From assembly GCA_047617785.1 (NCBI GenBank), contig JBLGBK010000002.1:1-64000 (forward strand): a stretch of 64,000 nt of DNA, read 5' to 3'. The stretch is from Colwellia polaris. Lineage in GTDB: Archaea; Nanohalarchaeota; Nanosalinia; Nanosalinales; Nanosalinaceae. Under the pieces are notes generated by a model. It was given only the letters and a program-made list of their open reading frames with translations, was not told where the DNA came from and did not search any database. A program made the position numbers and the translations under genes. Shown here one piece after another: positions 53,389-63,999 of this stretch. Numbering within the stretch: the first letter of the stretch is position 1; each line of letters begins with the position of its first letter.

Positions 53389-53933
53389 AAACGGTTTTCA
53401 TCGGTCGTTTCCAGCCGTTTCACCGCGGACACCACCAAGTAGTGGAGAAGTACAGCGAAGAGCATGAGCTACAGATCGCGATAGGAAGCTCGGAAGAGGA
53501 AGAAACCGAGAAGAACCCGTTAAGCTTTAAGGAACGTAAAAAACTGATCAGGGCTTGCCATTCCGATATAGAAATCACAGGTATAGCTGACGAGGATGAA
53601 AGCGAGGACGGAAACCAGAAATGGATCCAGAAAGTGAAGGAAAAAACCGGAGCCGAAGCAGTTATCTCGCAGAACCCTCTTGTCAAAGACATAGTTGCCA
53701 GAGATACCGAACTGAAACTAATTAAACAGGACCTCTACCAAGAAGAAATATATTCAGGAACCGAAGTCCGTAGGAGAGTAAGATCTGGTGAAGAATGGCG
53801 TTATCTTCTGCCAGACTGCTGCGAAAAACAGTTCGAAAAACTAAAAGACAAGATTAAGGAATCAGGGATACAGTACAATTTTGAACCCGGATGGAAGAAA
53901 GAGAACTCCTTTCACGACACGTTAGATAAATAA
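53385..53933 (+). CDS. nadM: Nicotinamide-nucleotide adenylyltransferase
   Basis: IGRFQPFHRGH, IGSS, NPLSFKER, SGTEVR. Confidence 0.92.
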   Translation: MKTVFIGRFQPFHRGHHQVVEKYSEEHELQIAIGSSEEEETEKNPLSFKERKKLIRACHSDIEITGIADEDESEDGNQKWIQKVKEKTGAEAVISQNPLVKDIVARDTELKLIKQDLYQEEIYSGTEVRRRVRSGEEWRYLLPDCCEKQFEKLKDKIKESGIQYNFEPGWKKENSFHDTLDK

Positions 53934-53940
53934 ATACAAT

Positions 53941-54723
53941 TTATAACTGGAAAAGAATTTTAGGAATCTCTTCTATCATATCTGTAGGTAGTGCGCCGTT
54001 ACCGTAAGCTTCAGCAGCTTTCTCTCCAGCCTTACCATTCAACCATACGCCTAGACGTGAGGCCTCAGTCAAACTCAATCCTTGTGAAATCAATGCGGCT
54101 ATAATTCCAGCCAACATATCTCCTGTACCTCCAACAGTCATCGCCGCGGAACCTGTACGGGAAGTATAGCGTTTTTCGGAATATATTTTATCGACTTTTC
54201 CTTTGACAACTACAACTCTGTCTTCAGTGGCGAAATCTTCTACAGAGCTGCTTCTATCTTCGATATGCTTCTTCTCGCCCTTGTGCGGAGCGAAAACAAC
54301 GTTGTCTCGATCTAGTTCAGCAGCCGGCTCTATCGCATCTGCATCAACTATAACAGGCGCATCTGTCTTTTCAAGAAGTTGTTTAACTGCTCCAGGTTCT
54401 GGTTGCGATAATCCTGGCCCTATAACCGCCGCATCACACCATTCCAGAAGCTCTTCCGCCTGATCAACGTCTTCTTCGGTAAAGTAGCCACCACTATAGC
54501 CTGATACAATCAAGTTTTCCGAGTATGACGCTACAGTATCCTGTATTTGCTCGGATGTAAGAATCTTCACTAAATCAGTTCCTGATCGGTAAGCCGCCTT
54601 TGCTGCTATCGCCGGCGCTCCCGTATAGTCTTTGCTTCCCGCGATTACTGCGACCTTTCCGTTTTCTCCTTTATGCGTATCTTTTTCGCGGTTGATTTTG
54701 CAGAGTATTTCCTCCATAGCCAA
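53941..54723 (-). CDS. nnrD: ADP-dependent NAD(P)H-hydrate dehydratase
   Basis: HKGENG, GSKDYTGA, IGPGL, VDADA, PHKGE, GGTGDMLAG. Confidence 0.94.
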   Translation of the reverse strand: MAMEEILCKINREKDTHKGENGKVAVIAGSKDYTGAPAIAAKAAYRSGTDLVKILTSEQIQDTVASYSENLIVSGYSGGYFTEEDVDQAEELLEWCDAAVIGPGLSQPEPGAVKQLLEKTDAPVIVDADAIEPAAELDRDNVVFAPHKGEKKHIEDRSSSVEDFATEDRVVVVKGKVDKIYSEKRYTSRTGSAAMTVGGTGDMLAGIIAALISQGLSLTEASRLGVWLNGKAGEKAAEAYGNGALPTDMIEEIPKILFQL

Positions 54724-54825
54724 TCATTTTATCTCCGGAGATAAAAAATAGGTCGAATTGAAGCCTTGATTGACCTCTACAGAATGTTTTTTATTCAAGT
54801 CAGGAGAATTGTATTACGTGATAAC

Positions 54826-55851
54826 ATGGTAAAAGTAGTTGTAAATGGAATCGGTACTATTGGAAAAAGAGTAGCAGAAGCAGTAAAACAGCAGGAAGAT
54901 ATGGAACTGTTCGGTATATCTGATGTATCCTCCAGCAGCGGAGTAAGAACGGAACTGAGCCCGAAAGGAGGGCTTCACGGAACAGATTTATATGCCTCCA
55001 ATGAAGACGGTCTTGAAACCCTGAAAGAAGAAGGAATGCATGTAGAAGGACTGCTAGAAGACGTCGCAGATCAGGTAGATGTTGTAGTTGACTGCACACC
55101 TCCTGGCGTAGACAAACTGAACAAGGAGAACCTCTACGAACCTCACAACATCAAGGCAATCTTTGAAGGAGGTTCCGACTCCGAAATTGCACCTGTATCG
55201 TTCAACGCAGATGCAAACTACGAAAAAGCAAGAGGAGAAGATTACGTAAGAGTTGTATCCTGCAACTCAACTTCTCTATCTCGAACTATGAGTGCACTAC
55301 GCGACAACTTTGGAGTAGAAGAAGCAGTTGCCAACCTGGTAAGACGGGGAGGAGACATCCCTCAGGATGGAAGAGGGCCTATAAACTCAACCGTCCCCGT
55401 ACCTGAAGTTCCAAGCCACCACGCGCCAGACGTGCAGGAAGTAATGCCTGAACTAGATCTCAAAACACTGGCAGTCAAAGTACCTGTGACCTACGGACAC
55501 GTACACATGGTTAACGCCGAACTGGAGCAGGAAGTGAGCGAAGAAGATCTCAAAGAAGCATTCCGCAATCAGCCACGAGTCAACCTGGTTTCAGCTGGCG
55601 AAGGATACGAATCAACAGGCAAGATCCACGAAAAGATGCGAGACTTAGGAAGAAAGAGAAGCGACATGCCTGAAGCAGCTATCTGGGAAGAAACAATCAA
55701 GGCAGAAGGAAGTAGCGTTTACTGGATCCACATGGTCCATCAGGAGGCAATAGTGGTTCCTGACAACATTGATGCAATCCGAGCGATGTTTGAGATGGAT
55801 GACAAAGAAACCAGCATCCAAAAGACCAACAACGCAATGAAAATTGAGTGA
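54826..55851 (+). CDS. gap: Type II (archaeal) glyceraldehyde-3-phosphate dehydrogenase
   Basis: [42 protein letters not shown]. Confidence 0.96.
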   Translation: MVKVVVNGIGTIGKRVAEAVKQQEDMELFGISDVSSSSGVRTELSPKGGLHGTDLYASNEDGLETLKEEGMHVEGLLEDVADQVDVVVDCTPPGVDKLNKENLYEPHNIKAIFEGGSDSEIAPVSFNADANYEKARGEDYVRVVSCNSTSLSRTMSALRDNFGVEEAVANLVRRGGDIPQDGRGPINSTVPVPEVPSHHAPDVQEVMPELDLKTLAVKVPVTYGHVHMVNAELEQEVSEEDLKEAFRNQPRVNLVSAGEGYESTGKIHEKMRDLGRKRSDMPEAAIWEETIKAEGSSVYWIHMVHQEAIVVPDNIDAIRAMFEMDDKETSIQKTNNAMKIE

Positions 55852-55852
55852 A

Positions 55853-56809
55853 TCAACCCTCCAATTTCTTTTTTCTCTTATCTCTAACTAATTCTGCCGA
55901 AAACTTCAATCCCTCTTTAAAAGCTGCTTCGTAATCATTTCCATCTAAAGAAAGATAGAATTCGCTGTAAATTTTTCTGAAACTATCTATCATATTTTCA
56001 TCATAGCCCTCATCAGATATTAGTTCTATATGCTTCAATACCCTATCAATCTGATCATCTAAATATCCAAACCTATGCAGAGACCAATAATAACTCATCG
56101 CCTCACCTTCCACCGACACTAGGCTATCTAAATCATCGGTTAATTTCTGCCTTTTACGTAGAACCTCCATATACCGATCTATTTCATGATCGTTTCTTTC
56201 TAGTTCCTCTTCTAAAAACTCTCTACATTCTTGCTGAGGCCTGTTTCTAAGATTACTTATCTCCGATTTCACTTCATTAAGCCTTTGATTTAGCTCTTTA
56301 GCTCTCTGATCATTTGGGTCGTCGATATCCACATTCTCCTCCAGCATCTTCTGATGAATCTTTTCTCCTTTGCGTTCTAGCTTTTCAAGTTCTTTCTCAG
56401 GAACTTTAAATTCAGGGTGATCTTCTACCAGCTCTATATACGCTAGAAGGAGCTTAAAAAACTTTATTTCTTTGATCTCGGACGGATAAGACGGCAATCG
56501 CATATTTGCCTGGGAGAAAAATTTCCGAGCGTTATCGTAATTTTCTGCGATCATGTTTATGGCTTTAGATAGCCGAGACCAAGAAGCTCCTTGATCATAT
56601 TGCCATTTATGTAGTAGTTCATGCTCCAATGAGACTAACTCTTCATCAGAAAAAGATCCTGAAGTATCTATAACGATAGTATCCGATAATGGCATATACT
56701 TGCCCCCCACCTTATCTTGAAGTTCTCTATATTCAACACGTGCAGGCCTTCTGATATCAAAACCATAGTCTCTCAAATTGTCGATTGCCTCCTTGACAGG
56801 ATCATTCAT
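55853..56809 (-). CDS. Putative zincin metallopeptidase with a coiled-coil insert
   Basis: GKY...I.ID, LEHELLHKWQ and a distal VEGEA. Confidence 0.6.
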   Translation of the reverse strand: MNDPVKEAIDNLRDYGFDIRRPARVEYRELQDKVGGKYMPLSDTIVIDTSGSFSDEELVSLEHELLHKWQYDQGASWSRLSKAINMIAENYDNARKFFSQANMRLPSYPSEIKEIKFFKLLLAYIELVEDHPEFKVPEKELEKLERKGEKIHQKMLEENVDIDDPNDQRAKELNQRLNEVKSEISNLRNRPQQECREFLEEELERNDHEIDRYMEVLRKRQKLTDDLDSLVSVEGEAMSYYWSLHRFGYLDDQIDRVLKHIELISDEGYDENMIDSFRKIYSEFYLSLDGNDYEAAFKEGLKFSAELVRDKRKKKLEG

Positions 56810-56920
56810 AGTAAATGTCAGCTTACAATCGGGTTTAAAGTTTTGTTCTATAGAACCACATGCCCTCTCACAAACCGCACTAACAGAAACATAAAACAGT
56901 TCTAAATCAAAATGTAACCT

Positions 56921-57967
56921 GTGAGAAAGAAAATCCTTCTAACTGGATGGGGTCACCCTCCGAAAATCGACGGCGGTCTGGACATACATGTTTACCACTT
57001 GTTTCAGGAACTGCAGAAGGAAGATGATCTGGAAGTAAAGCTAGCAATACCAAAAGAAAACGCTCCAGAAAAAGAAGATATCATCCCTTTAGAAACAGGA
57101 GAAGGCGACATGATCTGGAAATCCCGGAAGATGAGCTCCGAAGTCGCAAAGATATCAGAAGACTTCGATATAATTCATACACACGACTGGTTCGGAGCCG
57201 AAGCAGGCTATAAAGCCGCTAAATACTCAGATACGAAATGGGTATCAACTCTGCATTCTCTGACCTCCTCAAGAATCCGCGGCACGTCAGAAAAGATACA
57301 GCAGATGGAGGAAGTAGGAGTGAAAGAGCCCGATAGGCTTATCGCAGTCAGTGAAGGCCTGAAAAATGATATAGAAAAAGAGTTCGGGACAAAAGCAGAA
57401 GTAGTGTACAACGGGTTTTCACATCCTAGCTCAACAGGCAAAGAAGTAAAAGAAGAACGCGGTATCAAAAACGACATGATCTTCTTTGTAGGACGTCATG
57501 CCGAGCAGAAAGGAATTGAACATCTGCTTTACGGCTTCAAGAAGTTCTTAGACCAAGATAAGGACGCCTCGCTTGTTATAGGAGGGGATGGGCATATGAG
57601 ACAGGCTCTAGAAAACTTCACATCAATACTTGGAATTGAGGATAAGGTTTACTTTACAGGTTTTATACCTTCTGAAGAACTTGGAGACTACTATAGAGAA
57701 GCGGAAGCGTTCATATCTCCTTCAATCAACGAGCCTTTCGGCCTCACTATCACAGAAGCTCTAGAATCTGGCACTCCAGTACTTGCAACTGAAAGCGGAG
57801 TAAATGAGCTTATATCGACCAGTGCAATAACCGATATACAGCCAGAATCCGATTCTATAGCTGAAGGTTTGAAAGAGGCTCTGGCAAAGGATTCTCCGCC
57901 AGATTTTGATTCAAGGAGCTGGGAAGAAATGGCTGAAGACTATATGACTATTTACAGAGAGCTTTAG
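56921..57967 (+). CDS. GT4 glycosyltransferase (glycogen-synthase-like)
   Basis: PPKIDGGL, HTHDW, FVGR..QKG, EPFGLTITEA. Confidence 0.9.
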   Translation: MRKKILLTGWGHPPKIDGGLDIHVYHLFQELQKEDDLEVKLAIPKENAPEKEDIIPLETGEGDMIWKSRKMSSEVAKISEDFDIIHTHDWFGAEAGYKAAKYSDTKWVSTLHSLTSSRIRGTSEKIQQMEEVGVKEPDRLIAVSEGLKNDIEKEFGTKAEVVYNGFSHPSSTGKEVKEERGIKNDMIFFVGRHAEQKGIEHLLYGFKKFLDQDKDASLVIGGDGHMRQALENFTSILGIEDKVYFTGFIPSEELGDYYREAEAFISPSINEPFGLTITEALESGTPVLATESGVNELISTSAITDIQPESDSIAEGLKEALAKDSPPDFDSRSWEEMAEDYMTIYREL

Positions 57968-58194
57968 CCTAGAATCTTTATTTCATCAGGTTCTTCGTTG
58001 TGTAGGACCGCGTAACCATTTTCCGTCGAGGATAGAAATGTTGGATCTTCGTTATAGTACGTGGAGTCACTTCCCCCTTGTCCTGGAAGATAGATTCGTT
58101 CTCCGTTTCCGGAGTAGACTGCCAGTGCTACCTCTCGACTGGTTTCTAACTGGATAAGGTAACCGTTTTCTTTCTCAGTGATTTTGGTTTCCAT
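57964..58194 (-). CDS. Small acidic hypothetical protein
   Basis: 76 aa, ATG start, halophile-type composition (GERIYLP). Confidence 0.6.
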   Translation of the reverse strand: METKITEKENGYLIQLETSREVALAVYSGNGERIYLPGQGGSDSTYYNEDPTFLSSTENGYAVLHNEEPDEIKILG

Positions 58195-58300
58195 ATTATT
58201 AGTTGGTTACCGAGAGACTTTTAATCTTGTCAACGAAGCTTCTTTTCCCTCTAGCGTGGCAACATGCCGTGTTATAAATCAGGACTGGAAAAAAGGTTTT

Positions 58301-59515
58301 ATGGCTCCTATAACCCTGAGCTTCGAAGTTCATCAGCCTCACCGGTTGAGAGTCGATGGAGTCAACAAGGATGCCGATGACCTTTATGATCGCTACTTTG
58401 ACGATGAGATGAATGAACACTTCTTCAAAGACGTAGCTGAGAACTGCTACTTCCCTGCAACAGAGCGACTGTTGCGAAATGCGAAGAAGTTTCAGGACGA
58501 AGATCGACCGTTCAAAGTAAACTTTTCCATCTCAACTAGCTGGCTCGAACAGGCGCAAAAATACCATCCGGAACTTATAGATATGCTGAAGCAGTTTCCT
58601 GACAATACTATCGACTTCATCGGCCAGGCGCATTACCACAGTCTTGCAGGCCTTTTCCATGACAAGGAGGAGTTCAGAAATCAACTTCAGAAGCACAGAG
58701 AAATGATAAAAGACATCTTCGGCGTGGAAACCAAAGTAATGACCAATACCGAGCTTATTTACCATAACGAGATAGGAAAAGTTGCTTCGGAGGAAGGTTT
58801 TGACGGGATATTTACAGAAGGCGTTCCACGAGTCTTAGGATGGCGCTCACCGAACCATAATTATACACAGCCCGATTTCGTCACGGAAGAGGGTAACAGC
58901 ATCATGCTACGTAACCGTAAGCTGACAGATGACGTAGGATACCGCTTCTCTGCAGAATGGTGGGATGAATACCCTCTTACAGCTGAAAAATACGCTATGT
59001 GGCTTTCAGCCGAGGAAGGTGATGTAATAAATCTCTTCATGGACTATGAGACTTTCGGAGAGCATCACTGGGAAGGAACTGGCATCTTATGGTTCCTAGA
59101 GGATCTCCCGAAGAAAATACTTGAACATGACAACATGGAGTTCATGAAGGTGCGTGAAGCCGCTCAGAAAGAGCCGGTCGGAGATTTCGATGCTTTCGAA
59201 TACAACACAGTTTCGTGGGCAGATGAGGAGATGGATGCCTCTGCCTGGCTCGGAAATCCTGTGCAGAAGAAAATGTTCCAGAAGCTCCAGGAGCTAGAGC
59301 CTAAAGTGAAAGAGCTAGATGACGAAGAGGTACTGGAAGTATGGAGAAAATTCCTGACCTCCGACCATCTGCATCATATCGCGACAAAGACTATGGACGA
59401 CGGCTCTGTTCACAACTATTTCTCATACTTCGATCATCCGCATCAAGGTTTCGCAGTTATCATGGATCACCTTATGGACTTCCAGGTTCAGGTAGAAAAA
59501 CGGTTAAGAAGTTGA
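58301..59515 (+). CDS. GH57 alpha-amylase-like glycoside hydrolase
   Basis: FEVHQPHRL, YHSLA, NTELIY, DYETFGEH, SWAD, TSDH. Confidence 0.94.
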   Translation: MAPITLSFEVHQPHRLRVDGVNKDADDLYDRYFDDEMNEHFFKDVAENCYFPATERLLRNAKKFQDEDRPFKVNFSISTSWLEQAQKYHPELIDMLKQFPDNTIDFIGQAHYHSLAGLFHDKEEFRNQLQKHREMIKDIFGVETKVMTNTELIYHNEIGKVASEEGFDGIFTEGVPRVLGWRSPNHNYTQPDFVTEEGNSIMLRNRKLTDDVGYRFSAEWWDEYPLTAEKYAMWLSAEEGDVINLFMDYETFGEHHWEGTGILWFLEDLPKKILEHDNMEFMKVREAAQKEPVGDFDAFEYNTVSWADEEMDASAWLGNPVQKKMFQKLQELEPKVKELDDEEVLEVWRKFLTSDHLHHIATKTMDDGSVHNYFSYFDHPHQGFAVIMDHLMDFQVQVEKRLRS

Positions 59516-59535
59516 GCGAGTGTTGAATTTCTTGG

Positions 59536-60480
59536 ATGGAAACAGAGAAAGTTGAGAAATGGCTGAAAGATAATTCAGAAGCTACGGGTCTTAAAGAATT
59601 CCATATAGAGGATTTAAGGCAAGGAGAGTCCAACCACAACTTTATAATTAATTCAGAAGGGAAAAAGTATGTTTTCAGAATTTCTAGAGAGATATCTCGG
59701 CGCAATAGGTTGAAAAACGAGTATAAATCTCTCAAGCTGCTGAAGAAAGCTGGCATGGAGAATGTGCCCGAGCAAATTTTCTTCAGTCCCGATACCCAAT
59801 TTGGCGCGGTACTTATCGAAAGCTTTGTCGGCGACAGCGATCTAGATAGAGCTGGAGAGCTAGAAAGCTTACAGATCAAAAAACTATCACAGCTCATGTC
59901 AAAAGCACATAAGATAAAACCCGAAGATTACAACCAGGTTTTCTCAAAGTCCAAAAGTAGCGAAAGAAGTCTGAAAGAGATCTACAGAGATGAATTTGAC
60001 ACATGGTCACGAAAACCGTACAAAGAATATCTGGATATAGCCGAAGACCCTATAGAAGAACTTGAACACTACTTCAATAAACAGAAGAAGCTAGTCAACA
60101 GTTTCGAAGATGAGAAAGTCGATCAAAGATTTATACACTCTGATCTCGGCTTTAACATTCGTGCCAGCGATGATGAAGTGTTTATAGTCGACTGGGAATA
60201 CGGTACTGTAGGTTACCCAGGCCATGATATTATGATACTGTTTGAGCACGGCAAGTTCACCGAAATTCAGAGAGAAGAATTCTTGGCCGAGTACCGAAAA
60301 CACCGGGATCTAGGAGACAAGTTTGAGAAGGTTAGAAAACTGCATCCAGGCTTCCTGGCATTTCACGATGCGGTCTGGGCAGCAAAGAGAGTTGAGCGAG
60401 AGGTGGAAAGAGAAGATCGTAGAAAGATGCTGGAGCGAAAGATGGAGAAACTGGAAACATTCTATAAAAACAGGACGTGA
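59536..60480 (+). CDS. Aminoglycoside/choline kinase (APH) family phosphotransferase
   Basis: GESNHNF, YVFR, FIHSDL, IVDWEY. Confidence 0.88.
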   Translation: METEKVEKWLKDNSEATGLKEFHIEDLRQGESNHNFIINSEGKKYVFRISREISRRNRLKNEYKSLKLLKKAGMENVPEQIFFSPDTQFGAVLIESFVGDSDLDRAGELESLQIKKLSQLMSKAHKIKPEDYNQVFSKSKSSERSLKEIYRDEFDTWSRKPYKEYLDIAEDPIEELEHYFNKQKKLVNSFEDEKVDQRFIHSDLGFNIRASDDEVFIVDWEYGTVGYPGHDIMILFEHGKFTEIQREEFLAEYRKHRDLGDKFEKVRKLHPGFLAFHDAVWAAKRVEREVEREDRRKMLERKMEKLETFYKNRT

Positions 60481-60490
60481 ATAAGTACCC

Positions 60491-61195
60491 ATGGCAGAAA
60501 AATTTATCGAAGTTGAAGATGGAGAAAAAGTTTCTGTAGCACATCATAAAGCAGATTCTGAAGAATGGATATTTTTCTGCCACGGTTATGGAACAGATAA
60601 AGAAGGTAGCTACGAGAAAAGAGCTGAAAGAGCAGCAGAAGAAGGTTTTAATGCAGTAAGATTTACTTTCCGAGGAAACGGAGATTCTGACGGAGATTTC
60701 ATTGACCAAAACTTGAGCTCTAGACTCCGAGATCTAAAATCAGTAATAGACTACTACCAGCCAGAAAAAATTATCCTCTTCGGAATGAGCTTCGGCGGCA
60801 AAGTTGTATTGCATGCGTTAGAAGACTTAGAAGTTGAATCAGTTGTTTTCAAGTCCCCCGTACTCTATAATTCCGAGATGGACAAGTTCAAAGAAGTCGT
60901 TGAAGAAAAAGGAAAGTACACTCATTTTGACGACAAAACTATTGACAAAAGATTCTTTGAGGATTTCGATAACTATTCTTTTCAAGAAGCCATCGAATCG
61001 ATAGATATGCCTGTTGCCCTATTCCACGGAGGCGATGACTCCACAGTCAAGTTCAAGAACACAGCAGACGCTGTGAAACACATGGATGCCGAAATCATGT
61101 TGAGAAAGTTCAAAGGAGAAACTCATTTCATGACCGCAGAAGCGGAAGAAAAACTTCTTGACGAAATGATGACTTGGCTGAAAAACCAAAACTAA
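60491..61195 (+). CDS. Alpha/beta hydrolase
   Basis: CHGY, RGNGDS, GMSFGG, HGGDD, ETH. Confidence 0.92.
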   Translation: MAEKFIEVEDGEKVSVAHHKADSEEWIFFCHGYGTDKEGSYEKRAERAAEEGFNAVRFTFRGNGDSDGDFIDQNLSSRLRDLKSVIDYYQPEKIILFGMSFGGKVVLHALEDLEVESVVFKSPVLYNSEMDKFKEVVEEKGKYTHFDDKTIDKRFFEDFDNYSFQEAIESIDMPVALFHGGDDSTVKFKNTADAVKHMDAEIMLRKFKGETHFMTAEAEEKLLDEMMTWLKNQN

Positions 61196-62344
61196 TTATT
61201 CTATACCTAGTGCTCGCTTGTAGATGCCTGTCGTCCATGCGGAGATCTGTTCCCATCGGAAGTTGTCCTCTACACGTTCACGAGCATTGTCTCCTAGCCA
61301 TTCTGTCCATTCCGGATCGTTCAGGCTTCTGGAGACCTGATGTTCAATTGAGGTAGAGTCAGCAGGGTACGTATGTAGACCTGTGTATTCATGAACTATT
61401 GTATCCTTCATACCTCCAACATAACTTCCTACCGTGGCGGTTTCGCATGCTGCGGCTTCAAGAGGTACAATTCCGAATGGCTCGTATACTGATGGCGCGA
61501 CAGTCATCTTGGCATTCTTCATCAAACCTATTAGGTCTTCATCAGATACGTAACCAGGGAAGTGAACTTTGTCGCCGACCTTGTTCTTTGCTATTCCTTT
61601 ATAGTGTTCCGTGGCCCCGCTCCCCACCATTACAAACTTGGCTTCCGGATTATTATCTAGTATCTGTGGCATTGCTTCAATTAAATGTCCCGGACCTTTC
61701 TGAGGATACATACGGCCTACAAAAAGCACAATATTTTCCCAGTCCAGGGCATAGTCCCCTCGGTTGAGGTTCGCACTATGATTGTCGAATTTCTCCAGAT
61801 CTACACCGTTCGGTATATAGTTCAGCTTATCATCAGGCACTTCAAATGTATGTCTTACCTCTTCAGAAAAATCGCGTCCGACTGTTATTATCTGATCTGC
61901 CTGATATGTACCATACCATTCCAGATTGTGGATAGTCGACTGGTACTCCGAGTCGATTCCATCTCGTCCTTTCTGAGTTGAGTGAACCGTGAAAACCATC
62001 GGAAGATCTAAAGTATTCTTTATTCCTACAGAAGCAGGTACTGTCATCCAGTCGTGCGCATGCACTAAATCGAAGTCTTGATTCTTGGAGATTTCTATCG
62101 CTTTCTTCTCCATTTCATGCCCAAGATGCATCGACCAAGAAATAGTGTTGTCTGCTCTATCAGTACCTGTCAAACGGTGTATTTCCACGCCATCACGATA
62201 CTCTACCCCATCTTCAGTTCCATAAGTGATAACTACAGGGTCATGCCCCTGACTGGCCATAGTCGTAGCTAGGTCTTCACAGTGTGCAGCTATTCCTCCA
62301 GCCTTGATCGGCGGGTATTCCCAAGTAATGAAAAGCGGACGCAT
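61196..62344 (-). CDS. GT4 glycosyltransferase (glycogen-synthase-like)
   Basis: WEYPP..GGI, HAHDW, IPNGVD, FVGR..QKG, YEPFGIVPLEA. Confidence 0.93.
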   Translation of the reverse strand: MRPLFITWEYPPIKAGGIAAHCEDLATTMASQGHDPVVITYGTEDGVEYRDGVEIHRLTGTDRADNTISWSMHLGHEMEKKAIEISKNQDFDLVHAHDWMTVPASVGIKNTLDLPMVFTVHSTQKGRDGIDSEYQSTIHNLEWYGTYQADQIITVGRDFSEEVRHTFEVPDDKLNYIPNGVDLEKFDNHSANLNRGDYALDWENIVLFVGRMYPQKGPGHLIEAMPQILDNNPEAKFVMVGSGATEHYKGIAKNKVGDKVHFPGYVSDEDLIGLMKNAKMTVAPSVYEPFGIVPLEAAACETATVGSYVGGMKDTIVHEYTGLHTYPADSTSIEHQVSRSLNDPEWTEWLGDNARERVEDNFRWEQISAWTTGIYKRALGIE

Positions 62345-62356
62345 AGTATTAACCAG

Positions 62357-62959
62357 TCAATTCTCTAGTTTTTTCTCTTGTTTAACAAGTTTTTTGTACT
62401 GATTTAAAACGTTTTTCTGCCATTCATCGGCGTAAGGGTCTATAACCTCGACTTTTTCATCTGGAGCATCCAAGTCAAACAACACCGAGTTTTTAGCGTC
62501 CTCTCCAGTAGTAATGACTTTATCGGCTTCATAGGCGCCTTGCCACTCTAGCTCAGAGATCATTTCGGAGAAATCCTCATTGAACCCTCGCATATTTTCC
62601 GTTGAATGTATTGTCAGTACGAGAGGTTTCTCAAATCTTTTTGCAAGCGTTACTCCTCCACTAACGGTTGTCCAGTCATGAACGTGTATAAGATCAAATT
62701 CACTCTCTCCAAGTTCCGTTGCCGGTTTCTTTAACTCATTGTTAAGTATCATAGACCAATTATAGATGTTGTCCCCCTCAAAATGTACTGGCACTCGTAT
62801 AACATCTACATCATCGTGTATACTGTAGTATGATCCGTCTTCAAACGATATTATCGTAGCTTCATGACCTTTCTCTACTAAATATTCCGCAAGATGCTTG
62901 ACGTGTTCCGATACATCTTCACCATCACGGAAATCTTTCGAGAGAAACAGTACTTTCAC
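62357..62959 (-). CDS. GT4 N-terminal-domain-only protein
   Basis: IHVHDW, LTIHSTE and LEWQG match the neighbouring GT4 N-domain; no FVGR/EPFG C-domain. Confidence 0.8.
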   Translation of the reverse strand: MKVLFLSKDFRDGEDVSEHVKHLAEYLVEKGHEATIISFEDGSYYSIHDDVDVIRVPVHFEGDNIYNWSMILNNELKKPATELGESEFDLIHVHDWTTVSGGVTLAKRFEKPLVLTIHSTENMRGFNEDFSEMISELEWQGAYEADKVITTGEDAKNSVLFDLDAPDEKVEVIDPYADEWQKNVLNQYKKLVKQEKKLEN

Positions 62960-63999
62960 TCTAAATCACCTTTTTCAAATCTGTTTTGTAGCCCAAGCTT
63001 CTTGCTTGTTTCGACATCAGGCTGATTGAAAGGATTTACCTCTCGCAGCTCAGCTGACCTAACTGCCATCAATTGCAGGAAGGCAGTTAACTGGCCTGCT
63101 TCTTCTAGGCCCAACGAATCTAGCTCTAGATTAATATACGGCATTTTATGCTCCTCCAAAGCCTGTCTAACACCCTCATATTCCGATTTCAGCGCAGATT
63201 CGTAATCTCTGCCTTCCCCAAGTTCACCGAGCTTTCTATCCCGTATATCAACTTCTTTCAAATCTTCCGGCACCCTCATCTCAGCATGTTTGTGGCTTGA
63301 GAGGTTGACGAACAGAGGTATTACGTTCTTCTTACCCCCAAACAATCTCTGATTTGTGTGATGCTGATATTCTGGCGCTAGGTCTCCATAAACTGTCTGT
63401 CCCTGCTTATCCTTGCAGACTGTTTCATGCATTAGCTGTACTAGAAGCGGATAATATCCGAAAAGCCGGGTAGAGTAAAAAGGTGTCAGAATTTCATTAT
63501 AGCCGTTGTTTTCAGCTCGGTAAAGTGTTTTTGCGGCTCGATAGGGTTTCTCCGGATCAGCATATACTTTTTCTGCGCCTTTTCTAATTGGCTCTATGTC
63601 GATCCCTGCGAAATATACTGGCGTAAGAGCTGTTTCTACAGCGCCGGTAAATCTTCCTCCTATATCTGGATGTTCAACGAACTCTTTATCTCGTTCTTCT
63701 GCTATTTGGCGTAATGCGCCATCATTATCTGATGTAACAGGAAGGAAGTCGTAGTCTCTGTCAAGAAAGTATAGAAGAGATTCGATTACGCCAACAGTTT
63801 GACCAGATTTGCTTATCGGCATCACCAGCGTATCTTTCTTAGATGTTGCTTGATCTAGTCTTTCCAGATAGTCAGGATCCATCGTGGTTACTATATGCAC
63901 GTTTACATCAGTTTCATCGATGAATGCATAGTAGTAGGCTCGGAAAGACGTTATTGAGCCGCCGTTACCTATAACAACGAGATTATCAAACTCTCGACC
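62956..63999 (-). CDS. pgi: Glucose-6-phosphate isomerase (SIS fold), 5' truncated by the window
   Basis: Frame open to the window edge and includes VVIGNGGS; also ISKSG, IGGRF, NPFNQPDVETSK. Confidence 0.9.
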   Translation of the reverse strand, partial: GREFDNLVVIGNGGSITSFRAYYYAFIDETDVNVHIVTTMDPDYLERLDQATSKKDTLVMPISKSGQTVGVIESLLYFLDRDYDFLPVTSDNDGALRQIAEERDKEFVEHPDIGGRFTGAVETALTPVYFAGIDIEPIRKGAEKVYADPEKPYRAAKTLYRAENNGYNEILTPFYSTRLFGYYPLLVQLMHETVCKDKQGQTVYGDLAPEYQHHTNQRLFGGKKNVIPLFVNLSSHKHAEMRVPEDLKEVDIRDRKLGELGEGRDYESALKSEYEGVRQALEEHKMPYINLELDSLGLEEAGQLTAFLQLMAVRSAELREVNPFNQPDVETSKKLGLQNRFEKGDLE

